DNA from: Chrysomallon squamiferum | Lineage: Eukaryota > Animalia > Mollusca | DNA: 64,000 bases | Assembly: GCA_012295275.1 (NCBI GenBank) | Contig: CM022671.1 | Coordinates: forward strand, 26,040,001-26,104,000 | Direction of reading: 5' to 3' | Part shown: positions 14,001-28,846 of the stretch, in pieces | Position numbering within the stretch: position 1 is the first letter of the stretch | How the letters are laid out: each line of letters opens with the position of its first letter | Translations under genes and position numbers: made by a program | Notes under the pieces: model-generated | Databases searched by the model: none | Told to the model about the DNA's origin: nothing | The model's input: only the letters and a program-made list of their open reading frames with translations

Positions 14001-15035
14001 AATAAATCTGCTGTCAAAATATTCTTAGATATAGTGAATTAAAAACACAGGCACACAGGCACACCCACACACACACCCACACACACACACACATACACAC
14101 ACGTTTATATATATATTATGCATATATATTTAAAAAAACTTAATTTAAGAAATAATTTTTTTTTTTTTTTTTGTTAGCTAATGAATATGAAAAACAAAAA
14201 AATATATATATATATATATCCAGAACCTTATAAAATAAACATACTTTTTTGTTCCAGGGAATGTTGACATTGAAACCTTCTCCTTTGGATGTGCCTACAT
14301 GATCATAATTTCCATCATCTCCCTTTGGGTAGAAGAAGAAACCGTGATCAAAACGGTGAAGTGAAATAAATAAAACACTGCAAAAAAATTAAAAAAAATT
14401 TTTGGCAAAATTATTATGTTATTGAAAATTTAAGAAATAAACATGACATTCTGAAAATTCTCACATATTTATATATATATATATAAACATATATTTTTAA
14501 AATTACTAAAAAATTATATGGCCAAAAATGTTTTACTTATAAATTACTTATTTTAGCTGTGTTACAACAAAGTAGATATTCAGCACATTATCCATTTTCA
14601 ATACAGCACTGAATGAAAATTCTTAATTAGATATTAATTTTTTTTATTAATATTATCAGTTTTATTAGTATTATTTTTGTTTCTTTTTTATCTTACATTT
14701 TATGGCATATTTTACACATGAATTACATCCAACATAATTTCATTTTAGAACTTTAAACATTTAAACAATATCAATTTTTATTAAAATTTGAAATCAATTA
14801 CCTGTTATCATCATAAAATTGATGTTGTGTACCATTTCCATGATGTACATCCCAGTCCAGAATTAAAATTCTGTAAGGAATTTAAAATGTGTAAACATAA
14901 ATTCTAAAATAAAGTCAGTTACATTTTTATTAATTATATCAATTTAAAACATTCCATTTCTCATGCCATTTGAATATTAAGTATTAATAAATATTTTCAT
15001 TTTGAAACTAATCTGATGTCTGTTTGTATTTGTGC

Positions 15036-15084
<49 letters not shown>

Positions 15085-16249
15085 ATTTTAACGTCTCTTT
15101 ATATTTGTGTTTTATGTAAGTTTGTGCCTGAGCCTGTTTGCATACAGTAATGCATAAATTATTTTCAAATTTTACCTCTTGACACCAAAAGTTTTCTGTG
15201 CATATTTTGCAGCAATGGCAATGTTATTGAAGAAGCAGAAACCCATGGCTATTGAATACTCTGCATGATGCCCTGGTGGTCTGGAAAAACATCCCGAAAA
15301 ACACCAAAAATATTACTCATCAAGAATAATTAAAGATTTATCTTAAAAATTAATTAATGCAAACAAAATTTATATATAGATTTATATTTTAAATAAATAA
15401 AAAAATATATGACAAAACATAAATTAAATTAAACTGAAAAGAATACATTTGCATATTTTAATGTAAAAAGTATGTAAGGATATACGTGCTAAAATATAAA
15501 AATGTATAATATTTTATGTCTTAAAAGTACCTACCTTACAATAGCTACACCACTTTGAGCCTGAAAAATAAACAAACAAAATATTACAATTGTTGGTAGC
15601 AATATATTAAAATTATCATATTCATTTATATGAAATTGTTTAGTGTTAGAATTAAAATGGAAAACATTCTGATAATTCATATTTATGGCTTATGTGAAGT
15701 AACGAAATCACCTTCTTGAATCTTTTCAGTAATTAATATGAGTGTACAGGTTTAGGATATGTTCTTAAGAACAGGGATTAAGTAAAAGGATTCAGTATGC
15801 ATTATTTTTTCAAATAAAGTATTACTTTCAAAGTTTAAATTCTAAGATAACTGCTTAAAGAAGATAACATTAAAGTATAATTATAACAACTTGCCTTTCC
15901 TGAAAGAACTGTGTCCACAACATTCAAAACACTGCCAGCTGAGAGCAGTGCACAGTGGTATGTTTCCTGCAGACATATTTTAAGAAAATATTAAAAATAT
16001 ATATAAAATAAAAAAATATAGAAACATAAATAAAATCTTAATAATTAATTTTAGACATATTGGGAGTTTAAGAAATATTAATTAAAAAAAATTTTTTTTT
16101 ATATATAACAGCAGTTCAATAATTTTAAATGTCAGCTTTTAATAAGAAGAGACAAAAAATTTAATACATCATTCTAAAATAATAAAATATTATTATTAAA
16201 TAGGTTACAAACATGAATTTCACTGCAGATATTTTCTTTTAGAAAAATC

Positions 16250-16288
<39 letters not shown>

Positions 16289-18903
16289 TAACTCATAGGT
16301 TTTTAAAAATCATAACAAAACTTATCAGCTCTGAATATCATGTTGACATGAAATAATTAATATAATTCTGAAATTTGAAAATAATTCACATTCCAATACA
16401 TTTATTGAGGCATAATTTGAAACAAAATGCATGTAAAATTTTACCTTGCACAGATATATGGAATTATACTGTCTTTGTTTGACCTGCAGGGCTGGAAGTT
16501 CCATGTCTACAGTCTGTTTCATGTCGTTCAAGTAAGATTCACTGAAATCAATGCAGAGATAATGAAGAAAATGTACACACACAAATTAACAATTACTTCA
16601 GCAAATAACATATATAAAAATGAAATAACAAAACAGTATTAACAGACAACATGACAACCCATAACTAGACTATATGTTTTAACAAGTAATATAGTTAAAA
16701 GAAACCCATTAATATCCTGGTTAATGTTTTTATATATATATATATATATATAAAACAATGTAACTGAACACCTAATATTATAATAATTTAATGACTAACC
16801 TGTGAACGAGTAGGATTTCTTCATCTGTTGCCATCCTTGACTGCAAAAACAACTCAAAATTAAAATACACTGTAAAATATTTTTCTATTTAGTTATATAC
16901 AGCATTAACCTGACACAAGATAAACTAATGACTGTGACAAACCCAACAGATTAGAAGTAGAAGACATCATCAAACAGATGTGTATATTAAGTGTGTTGAA
17001 AAAAGCATAAGTGAAACATAAGTCATGGTAAATGCTAAAATAAATGTAGGAAAAACATTGATCTTTTGAAAAAATAGTGTCCATGGCAACTTTACTTTTA
17101 AAACATTTTCAGTCTTGTAAAACATACTGAAAACTAAACAGAACTGCTGATAGTTAAACAAGAATTGTTATGGAAAAATTAAATTGTCTGAAAATATTAA
17201 TAACATTAAAAAAAAAAAATTCAAAACAATGGAATAATTGAAAAAAAAAAAAAAAAAAAAAAAGGGGGATATTTAGCAGACAAATAGAGAATAAGGAAAA
17301 CTAATTCAACAATCTGTACATACCTCAACTTTGTGACATCTTTTGTAGAGGCCCCATTCCACGTGTACATTGAAAATCCGAGATATACGGTCTGGTCTCT
17401 CTGGGTGAGATCTGAAGAGTGTATTAAAATTACCATGGTGTTTAAACTATATTTACTTACATTAAAAGTAGTATGTTCAAAATGAGTCAAGAAACAACTA
17501 ACTATGGCAATCTAGAAAATATTCACAGGCTTGTTATTTTATAGTCATACTTAAATATTGACAGAAACAAATAAAACAAATGTTTGTCTTGTTTTATTAT
17601 TATCAAACATTGGTGGCAAAAACAAATAAATAATCACTTGGAAATATAAATATTTTTAAGTGTTTGTTCATACTATCTAACACACATACACTTGTATTTA
17701 ATTTAAAAAAAATTCTATCATTTTTGTTCCTATTACTAACTCAAATATTAGATTTATGTATATGGATTGGAATTTTTGAAAATCTACATGCATTAAATCT
17801 ACATTAATTATAACAATGAATTTACCTATGCCAATTCAGACAACAAGGGATATTTGTAACACATTTTTTCTGAAATAACGATCACACACACACACACACA
17901 TGAATGACAAGAGCAAGAGAAATTAGTTTTTAAATAAAATACAGCAGACTTGATCACATACTTTAATACTGTATCTCTGTGAGCTCTCATATCAGCATCA
18001 AATACCAAACATGTTCTGAAAAATAAACAGATAATTATTTTTAAGGAAAAAAATTTTTATACCATGTCAATAAAATGATAAATTTTGTTCAAATATTATT
18101 ATTCTTTGAGTGAGATACATTCCAATAGAAAATAACGGTGATGATACATTTATCAGATATTTACTAGGATATATGAATAAGTAAATTAATGAAATTACCT
18201 AAAAAAACAAAACATGAAAACAAGCAATGCTGTTTAACAGTCATCAACATCAAATCATTGATTTTCAACTTAAATAAACGTTGCCCAATAACTTGTTCAA
18301 TCACTGTCCTGTTCCAACCATTTTACCACACCTGACTTGTCAAGGATTATGGAGGAGTTTATAAAAGATCCATTTCAGTGTATCAATAAGAGAATCTAAT
18401 ATAACAAATATTCATTCATTCAAGAGATAACGTTGGCTGTTAATACTAAAATGTGTTAATATATTGCTAATAATAAATTATTTCTGAAATGCAATACCTG
18501 TGAGGTGCCTTGGTTAAACAGGTTTCAGCAATAAGCTGATCTATCTGCTTATCTAGCTGAGCAAATGTTTTTTCATCATGAATATAGTAGTCGTTAATAT
18601 CATACTTTTCTGGACGATTGTCTTCTGTGACAAAAACTATACCTGGTCTGTTTGTAAATAGAAAAAAGTTATAAAGATAAATAAAATTTATAAAATCAGA
18701 TTACTAAATAGTTTTTTGAAGAAAGAAAGAATGAAAAAATTGTCTTTCAAAAACTATCAAATAAATTTTATAGGAAATATTCAATTTTAAAGAGTGACAT
18801 TTCTTACATGAAAAATACAGTTAAATAAATCAGAATTAAATTAATTTTATTTAGCAGATCAACAATAAACTGAACTATTAAAACAAATAAATAAATAAAT
18901 AAA

Positions 18904-18960
<57 letters not shown>

Positions 18961-21900
18961 AATAAAATAAAATAAAGAAATAAAATTTTTAAAAATAAAT
19001 AATAATAATATTAATAATAAAATATTATCTTTTTGATCATGTACAAAAATCAAAGCAAATACCAAAAACAATAACAAAAAAATATTTAAAAAATAAGGAA
19101 AATACCATAAACAAGTATCAATTGTTCAACTAAAAATTAACAGTTTATCATTCATCTAAAAATGCATGGTTTTTCAAATTACAAGTATTACTTTTAAAAT
19201 GATACACCTTACTTTGGAGGTAGTTCATTCACCCCAGGGAAGGGGCAGCATTCTTCAGAGGTTGCCTCTTCCTGGTACTGGAAACAATGCCAGTAAGGCT
19301 GAATAACCTTTATGACATTCAAAATTGTTTCAGCAATACTGAAAACATTAAAATCAAAAATATCAATCCAATTCAAAACGTTTGTTAACTATTATTGGCA
19401 GTTTAATGTTATACCTATAAATATTTGTATTTGTTTTCGTTTAGTATGTAATCTGGTTGCTTTTTTTAAAAAAATATTCTTTTTTGAATTTGTTTTCCTA
19501 TTTTCTCTATTTCCAGAAAATACACATTACTTTACAATTAGACAAAATCTTCTGAATATTTTATACAGTTTCACAAAGTTTAAACTGTAGTAAAATGATA
19601 TATCAGTTAAAATATTTACAGATAACAAACTCTACCTGTCAGAAGGTTCCTTCATCGGAGGCAACACAGGACAAGGATCACCAAGCAGTGATCTCAACAC
19701 CAAAGCACAGCTCTCTGCTAAAGTCTTCAGACAATAGCCACCCTGTTAAAGATAAGTAGCAGTTACAGTCTAATATTATTAAATAATATGAAATACATAA
19801 AACTTTCTAAATTCATTTTAAACATTTTAGATATCTAATTTCCAGATTCAGTCATTGATCTCAAATCGCCCTGTTATATACTCTTTTGTCCAAGGTGTGT
19901 GTAAAATATCATTTGCTTGTAATCAGTCAAGACTTCTGTTTCATTTAATTAAATTAAAAAAAAAAAAATAAGTATATGCGAAATCTAGACATTAATTCAA
20001 GTATTGAATTAAAATAAAATACTTCATGTAATACAGAATCTTATGATAGTCATGTAAAGCTTGTCTTAAGAAACTGTACAGCTTCTTTTATTTATCATTC
20101 CTTTTGTATTCTAAAAGAAAGAAACCTATTTACATTGTTTCTGTTACTAATAACAATAATAATGAATGAAAGACTTTCCTACCTCCAGGACAATACATAC
20201 TCTTCCTTCACTCAAGGCAGATAACATATGAGTGAAGTGTGCATATACTGTTGGGCTTAACATCAATTCACCCTACAGAAAGAAAATTATCAAATAAAAA
20301 AATAAAATGCAAGCAACACATGCTTTCTTTTCAAATTAAATCAAATCAAATCAAAATTATAAAAAATAATTAGACTAAAACAATTTCAAGAAAGTTTCTC
20401 ATTTTTCAACATACAATTAGTATCTTAATAAGAAAGAAAGAATCAAAAAGTAAAATGTATTTTATATATATATATATATATATACCTCAGGACATCCAAT
20501 GACAGCATCAAAGCCACTAGACACAAGAATGAGTTGTGGTGAATACTGGAATCAAAATAAAAATGAATTCAAATGAATGTTTAACAATATCACAATACAT
20601 TTTAATATTAATATTAATGTTAATCATGGTTCCATTTTATTTATTTATTTATATATTTATTTATTTACTTTATCATTATTTTTTTTAAAGTTCTTTTTAT
20701 ATTTTGTTGGTATAAAGATGATCTGAAACTTGCATAAACTGAAGAAATTACAATTACATGTTTTTATTTAAAAATCAGAACTCTGTTTAATCTCTGCATA
20801 TTCAAGTTAATATCAAAAAAGGTTTTAAATATTTTTTTTAATTAAATAAGTTTTACAATTATTCTTTAAATTCAGGGATTTTTTTTTTCACGCATATAAT
20901 AAAAACCTAAGAATAATGTTATTATTGTTATCAACAAATATGTATAACATTAAAGATTAGAAATTTAGAGATCGTAGAATTTCTGTCAGTATGCAGAGTA
21001 AATCTAATTTCAAAGTTTTACTCTACTGCATATAAACAATGTTTTATTTAAAATTAACTTTAAGTTTTAAAATCTGAATTAAAATGCTGAAGTTACCTCA
21101 TAAGCAACAGGCAGAAGTATTTGATGAAAGATTGCCATGTAATCACAGTCAGTGACATCTGTCTGAAAACAAAAATATATATACATATATATATATATTT
21201 TTTTTAATATGTACATTTAAATGTCTACTAAAAAAAAAAAAATATTTTCAGGATAAAAATATAAAATTTTAAAATTTTATATTACTGTGGAAAAAAATTT
21301 TAAAAAGTACAAAATTACTTCTTTGGATTTTAAATTTTTTTTTTTTGAACATTTTTTTTATAAATAATTAGTGTTGGGTATATTCTGTATAAATATTTGT
21401 TGGTCAGTTTTATCCCCGTATGAAATAAATAAAGTAAATAATCTTGTATGTATACCGTGTTTAGTGGGACATTTATATTGTAACCTTTTCCTTTTCCTTC
21501 ACCAACAAAGTCATAGTCTGATTCTCGAAGTTCTGGCCAGAAAGTTCCATAGTCATAACGATGAATAGAAAAATACAATACCCTGGAAAATGTAGCAAAT
21601 GCAATTTTTAAACAAATCTATGTTACAAGATAATGTTAGATTTGGAAAAAACCAGTAATAATAATGAAAACTCTATTAAATGTATCAGTGAAATTAATAC
21701 AAATATTTTCCAAAAAGAAGAATAAAAATAAATCACCATTATAAAATTAAAATGATTAGACAATTCACTTTGAAAAAATTTAAATGATTATATGAAAAGT
21801 AAAAAAAAAAGAAGATTAGATGACAGCATCCAAAACATTACTGCTGCAAATATGTAACTGATTAAAAGAATTAATCTACATAACATAATTTAACATACAT

Positions 21901-24900
21901 AATTTAATTTATATTAAACTACTTTTTGACCAAATCACCAACCTTGGGTCATCATAGAATGTGTACTGAGTTGCCTGACCATGATGAACATCCCAGTCCA
22001 CAATCAGAATCCTGAGTTGAACAGAAACAATTACATTTAGTTACTAATCTTTCTTTTTTATGATATGGTCTGGAAAGCTTTTTTTATAGACAGTTTTAAC
22101 AGCCATAGTATCTAGATACCCAAAATTGTCCAGAAGAGTATAATATCTTTTTAATGGTTCCAATGCTATAAACTTTATGATTCTAAAATAATTACCAAAA
22201 CACATTTTTCACAAATTCATTGAAAGAAGAACCTAATGTTGAATAGTTAAGAAAAAAACAAATTTTAAAAAATGATAACAAAAAACATTGTGAAGAAAAA
22301 TAAAAATTGAGACCTTATTGTTTTTCATAAAGGATAAAGAATATAATGGTTCGCACCTTTCTAGTTTAAAATGATCCAGAGCATGTTGTGCTGCTATGGC
22401 AACATTATTAAATACACAGTAACCACAAAACTCATTCAACATTGCGTGGTGACCAGGTGGCCTGAAAACAGAGAATGAATAATGTAAAACAACATTACAT
22501 GATTTAGTACAATTATATAATGAGTATTTGTAGAACACAACAGTGCATTCATGTAAGTGAATAAACATTTTATTTAATTTAATGAAAATATATAGAAGAA
22601 ATAATTTTGAATTTGTTGTAGAATAAACATATATTTAAATTTAAAAAACAAAAGAAAGACAAGATATTTATATTCACTGACTTTATAGTTAATAATATAA
22701 TTACACTTGTTAAAGTGTTCTTTTACATAGTATTGAAACAACACTGATATTACTACTTTTTTTTTTTTTTTTTAAATTTAATTTTTTTTCTATGCATCCA
22801 TTTAATACCATACCTTATTAATGCAAACCCATTTCGACTCTGAAAAACATATATACAAAAATATTATTAGAGAAATTATTGAAGTCTAAAAAGTTAAACA
22901 ACCAAATGCAGAATAAAATGAAAAATGGTAAATAATAATCAGAAATATAGAACAAGTTAGTTTACATTCATTATGCAGATATTTGGGTTTTTTAACAATC
23001 TAATTTAAAAATCAGAAAGTCACTGCTAAAAAATACTGTCAGCTTAAGGTATATGTACAAACTGCTTAAATTATTTTGGTATTCTTCTAAGTTGTTGTTT
23101 TATTTGTAAGAATAAACAATTTTGTTGATACCAAAGGATAAAACTATTAAAAACAAACATCACTATCTAATCCTTTGTAATTGTTAACAATAATAAAGAC
23201 TGAAAACTTTAAAAAATTATAACTAAGAAGTACAGAAAATTTATTTAGGCAATTTGTTGTATACAAACAAAAAATCACTGTCAATGCAAATATACAAAAT
23301 ACAAACCTTCTTTTTAAGTATATGTTCTGTAACTTCAAGTGTAGATCCCAGAGCTGCAAGTGCACATTCATAGGTAAACTAAGAATAAAATAAAGTAATA
23401 AAACAGTGATTACATTTGTTATAATTCAAACATTAAGTGTACAAAATATTGAAAATATATGGAATAGGAATAGTTAATAACATTGTGGTTAAGAAACTTG
23501 TTTTGTCAAAAGAGATAGAAAGTAGATAGAAAGCCAAGATGTAAGATCAAAGGCCAGTGCATATAAAAGATTCCTTAGTGATGGTAATAACAGCAGCCAG
23601 TGCTAGAAATCATCATTGTGCTAAATCTGTGTATTTGATTCTTACTAACAATAAATAATAAAACATTTTGAAATACTGCTTACACACATACACAGAAACA
23701 TACACACACTAATATGAAATGTTCCACAGTTTCACTAATACATACGGAATGTCAAATAAAAGAAGCATTACTTTACTATATAAAAAAAATAAAAAAATAA
23801 AAATTAAATAATAATAAAAACATACATTGTTTGCAAACCATGATGAATACTTTTCAGAAACTTCTAGTAATTCAGAAAGAGACATTTCTGTTAAAGATTT
23901 TGCCTTTTCCAGATGTTCTTCGCAATGTTTTATTAGCACCTGATCTTCAGTGGCATAACACATCTGAAACAAGATTAAATCTGTAGAAACATTTAACCAT
24001 TTACATTAAACTTTATAGAAAAAATTTTAAAAAAAAAAAAAACATTTTAAATCAGATGAATTTTATTTTATTGTGCTTACCAGACAATTATAGAGTTATC
24101 AATTTCATATAATTTGAAACAGTTTTTTTTTTTTCTTAAGTTACCTTACAAGTTAAGTTTTATGATTTCAGACTTTTTTTTGTTTTTGTTTTTAATTTAT
24201 GATCTACACAGCTTCATTATCTTTGATTGAAATGTTCAGGTTTTTGTATAATAAACACAGTAAAATAATATTTATACCTTGCGTCTTTGGCATCTATCAA
24301 CTAAACCTAGTTCACAACATCTTGCATAGGAATTTGTTATTCTTTCTGGCCTCTCAGGGTAATCATCACTCCACTCAAATCTGTGCTTTGTCATCAACTC
24401 ATCATATACAAAACATGTCCTAAAAACAAAAAGTTAAAATATTTAAAAAAAAAACAGGCTGTGAAAAGCCTGCGCATGATTAGCAATAAACTATTAATAA
24501 ACTTCTTAATTACCATAAAATTTTATGTTCATGTACAGATAGCATCAAAACACAACAAGGATAGCAGACAGTAAAATGAATGCCATAAAAAGTTATCTAC
24601 AAAATTTCTTTTTTTCATTTTCCTCTATTCATTAAACAATTTACATTTAAGAAAGAGAACAGAAATGAAAGGGTCTTATATTTTATGATGTGGAAATGTG
24701 TATCTTTAAAACAATTTTTTGAAAAGAATATCAAGGAAACATTACAATTTAAATTTTACTTTTTAAAAGATAATTAATTTTATTATGTTACCCATTAACT
24801 GACTGTAACTGCTGCTCTGCAGCATCTTTCTGAAAAATAAATAAATAAATATCATAACAAGGTTATGCTGTAAATAATAATTAGGGAACTATGCATTTGT

Positions 24901-27280
24901 GAGAAACTACAGCCCTTTACCATGTTTCTTGTAGAATATTCTTTCTGTTATTTATAAAGCAGTTGAGGTACACTGGCTGGAACAAGAAACAACTCAGTAA
25001 CATTTCAGAGGACTGACTTCACACCACCGAGGTCTAAATACTGAAGGTGAGATAAGTTTCTATCATTCATCAAACACAAAACCGTTTAAAGTAACATGAT
25101 AAAGATAATTATATCTGGATCACATTAATTATAAATCATTCTGAATTTTAAAAATTATTTTGGTTATTTTCCTGATATTACAATACATAACAATAAAAAT
25201 CCATAATTTATTTCAAAATTGATATTAAAAAAGTAATAATAATTAAACAAAACAAAACAAAAAAATAAAATAAAATAAAAAGCATCTAGAAACATAATCA
25301 TACTAAACAGTGAAATAATAATGTAATTTACATTTATGATGCTCCTGAACTATAAAATAACAAAACTTACAATACTGCACATTCCCATTAGAAGTTGTAG
25401 ATCCTCATCCTCACTCTCTGGGGCCTTCTCAGTATCATCACTTTCCTGTAAAATAAAAAGAACTAATTCATATCAGAATCTCTGCATGTAGTTTATTCTG
25501 TCATGTGTGTAGACTTCACAACTATTTTCTTAATTTATAACTGATATGACCCATATTTTATTTTTTTATTTTGAATGAAAAATTGTTTTATCAAGTTTTA
25601 TAACAGCTTTAAAAATGTCAAAAAAATGCTTGTAGTGTATTCTTCAAAGAGGTTATTTTGTACAATGGGGTTGTAAATCGTTGAACCAGCTTATTATATT
25701 GAGGAAACAACTAACTATTGTCTAAGTCTGCTAACTGTATTTTAAGCACTTTCTTTTCTTCTTTTTCTATTTTGTTTATTTGTTGTTTATTTATTTATTT
25801 ACTTATTTATTATTATTATTATTTTTGTATATTCATTTCTTCTTTAAAAAAAAAAAAAAAGAAGTAATATTAATAAATTAATAATGATATAACAATACTA
25901 AAAAGATATATACATATGTAAATATAAATAAATAATTTCACTGTCAGTTAGAAAAGATAAATTTTAAGTACTGTTTTCAATAAATAATCAGTTGAATTCA
26001 AAATAAGTTTGGTATGTTTAACCAATATAATATACACTACTGTATTCTTTCTTTTTTTAAAATAAATATAACAAAAGAAAGTAACCTTTCCTCTTAATGT
26101 AATAGAGCTTTACAAATTCTATAAAATATTTGTATTCAGAAATGAAAATATTTTGTTTACTCTTTCAAAATATTCGTGTATTGATCAAGACTTTCACAAG
26201 ATCACCATTCACTTAAAAACCAGGTTATATTATTGTTAAAGAAACAACAATTCATCAGTAAATATATATGAACAAAATATAATCTTATTCATGATATGAA
26301 CAGAGATGTTATGAGTGTATCTGTGAAAACAAATACAAATATATTTAACTTAAAACACAGCTCTAACCTCACAAAAACAGGAACAGTATTTAGGCATCAT
26401 CACAGAAACAACGTGTTCACTTTAAATAATTTTGTTATCTCATATTAAAATAAGCTGTTTATTCCTCTTTATCATAGTAACTAAAACAAGTCAGTAGTTT
26501 TTTTAAGTTTTTTTTTTTTTAAAGATAACATTACACTAAGTACTCTGTCTAAAGAACTTGCTCATAAATAAACTCAGCAACTTTGATGATATGAATTATT
26601 CTTGATATGGATCAAATGCAAACCTCATGACCTATATGATGGGCAAATACTTTTTAATTCCATTTCTGTGTTAGTGAAAAAAAAAAAGATTTGCTCAATT
26701 TCTACTGGAAGAAATCTTTAAAAAAAATAATGATGAAGTTCACTTCAATATCTGATTCCAAAAAAATAAAAATAAAAACAGATAAAAAAACAGTGGTCAA
26801 ATGGCTTGCCAGGCACATACACAAGCATTTCTCAGTAGTCAGTTACATCACTATTATTTTTTTCATTACCTAGATATGAACTACAACATGAGTTAAGCTT
26901 GAAAATCTGAGAAGCAACGAAACATTGTATATAAAAGTCATCTCAACAAAAAATAAAAATAAAAATCCACAATTTATAAATTAATAACAAACACACACAC
27001 ACACACACACACATATATATCTGTATACAAATACACACAGATATACACACACACACACAACAATATCAACAACAACACAAAGAACATGTATGTATCATAA
27101 ATATATAGAGATGTAAATTACCTGATCACCATGGCCCCTGTGTACTGTAGCAGGGGAAAGTGGTGTTGAATGTTTATTGTCTTCTGTTGTAGCTGGTTTA
27201 CAAACTGCATTAATGTCACCACTGAATGGCACTGGACTTGTACCATTACTGGATCCCACTGGATCACTATTGTCACTCAT
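4163..27280 (-). CDS. HDAC6: Histone deacetylase 6 (class IIb, tandem catalytic domains), 3'-partial; 30 exons, 876 aa recovered
   Basis: Phase-consistent exons in transcript order: 27280-27122, 25445-25371, 24829-24792, 24419-24278, 23963-23826, 23378-23307, 22839-22814, 22461-22357, 22011-21943, 21582-21456, 21162-21097, 20545-20486, 20272-20183, 19742-19636, 19338-19213, 18647-18498, 18015-17962, 17411-17324, 16840-16800, 16541-16445, 15966-15895, 15560-15535, 15280-15176, 14870-14802, 14377-14245, 13760-13689, 13499-13440, 12850-12761, 12311-12208, 4230-4163. Both domains keep PERP(E/D)R, RPPGHHA, DWDVHHG, GFDA and LEGGY. The last exon ends in a perfect G|GTGAGT donor; no ZnF-UBP exon was seen inside the window. 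Confidence 0.93.
9021..11590. repeat. Cluster of degenerate AT-rich direct and inverted repeats in the ~8-kb HDAC6 intron
   Basis: A ~125-bp unit (aaatgaaa.g.taggaaaattaaagcaaaaaac...aaaagtgaaaataa.ttt.tgaataataataaat) occurs at ~9021-9146 (+), ~10655-10787 (-) and ~10943-11069 (+); a second direct repeat pairs ~11128-11280 with ~11478-11580. Confidence 0.6.
15038..15081. repeat. (GA)n microsatellite
   Basis: Perfect dinucleotide run in an HDAC6 intron. Confidence 0.95.
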
Positions 27281-28775
27281 TGCATTCTAATAATGCAAAA
27301 GAATTATTATCATGAATACAAGGAAAATTATGATATTTAAATTTTCAAAATGCTCTGGAAATATTCACACAGCTGATGTAAAAAACTTAAAATTAATTTT
27401 ACTCTTTTGTGCTGATCAGTCTTTGATAAAAATAAACCATTTCAATAAATTCACAAAATTCTAGATGTTATTCTTGCTTTTATTGTGAACTCATATGACA
27501 TAGGCCTACCTAAAAAACAACTTTGCAGTAATGTACTCATTCTTTTACATTTCTTGCTTATAATATTATATAAAAATAAACTGAAGAAGCAATAAAATAT
27601 ATTGTATACACTAAATGGCATTTTACTAAACATAATTAATTATTTCTGTATAACGAATATTTTTTTCCATTAATATTTTATCCATTTGCAATGAAAAGTA
27701 TGCATTTTAAAGATAACTATAAAGCTTATTCATAGACAAGAATGCCATTTCATAAAATTGCCTAACGTAGGCAACATGACCTTTATTAAAACTTAAGCTA
27801 ATAACAGCATTTTATATATACGGCCACATTAACCATGTGAAAACTATCATCTATGTTAATTATATTACATTAATTTTATATGAATTAATGACAAATGTTT
27901 CCATTTCTTTTAATGCAGTAAATGGGAAAGATTAAATATTTAATATTATGAGTAACATTTATTGACACATTTCAAGAAATTAATAAATTTAATTTTAACA
28001 CTGATTCATAATTTTAAATTTATATTTTGTTTATTTGTTTCAAAATATATTAATTTATTAATAAATTCATACTTTTCTGTATTCATTTTTTTTTTCTCAG
28101 CTTTAAGATAATTTATATGACTGAACACCAGATTTAACCATAAAGGAACTTGATGTGGATGGGTGTATAAAGCACTCTAACACAAAACCTACACAAATTC
28201 CATCTACTTTATATCTTTAATTCCTCTTGATGATCACACAACATTATAGACAATTATTACAGATGATAGCATAGCAATTATAATGCAGAAAATTGGCCTC
28301 CAAACATATGTCTCCCTTGCCAGATATTCTCTCTTCTCTCCTGTATTATCTTTCACCCCAGGCACACTGATAACATCCAACACTCCTGACAGTTACTCTG
28401 CTGGGTTTCTTAAGCCCCAGTGACAGTGTTTACCATATATTAATGTCCCAAGAGTGTTGGAGGAATTTCCCAAGTACGTTAAGTCTAAACAAATGCCTCA
28501 ATCATGAATTAGTGAAACCAAAGATTATGCTAGATCATGTTAGATGCTTTTAGATTTGTCCCTCACATAGATATCACAAAATCAAACCTTTAGAAAGATT
28601 TCACTGATTTGAGGGATTTATATCTATTCAGTCTGGAAACCACTGGCATAAAGACATTATAATTATACCTCAGTGCATTTCAAAAATTATAAACAATATA
28701 TTATATAATAAAGAAATAAGTTTATTTTACATTTCATTCATAATTTGAAAAATAATTCTAAATTTGACAGTCTGT

Positions 28776-28777
<2 letters not shown>

Positions 28778-28845
<68 letters not shown>
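28778..28845. repeat. (TG)n microsatellite
   Basis: Perfect dinucleotide run. Confidence 0.95.

Positions 28846-28846
<1 letters not shown>

Noticed and set aside
4163-27280. Calling the deacetylase HDAC10, or two separate HDAC genes
   Set aside because: The second domain keeps HH, DxH, D and the catalytic Tyr (HDAC10 has a pseudo-domain there), and in-phase linker exons join both domains into one ORF.
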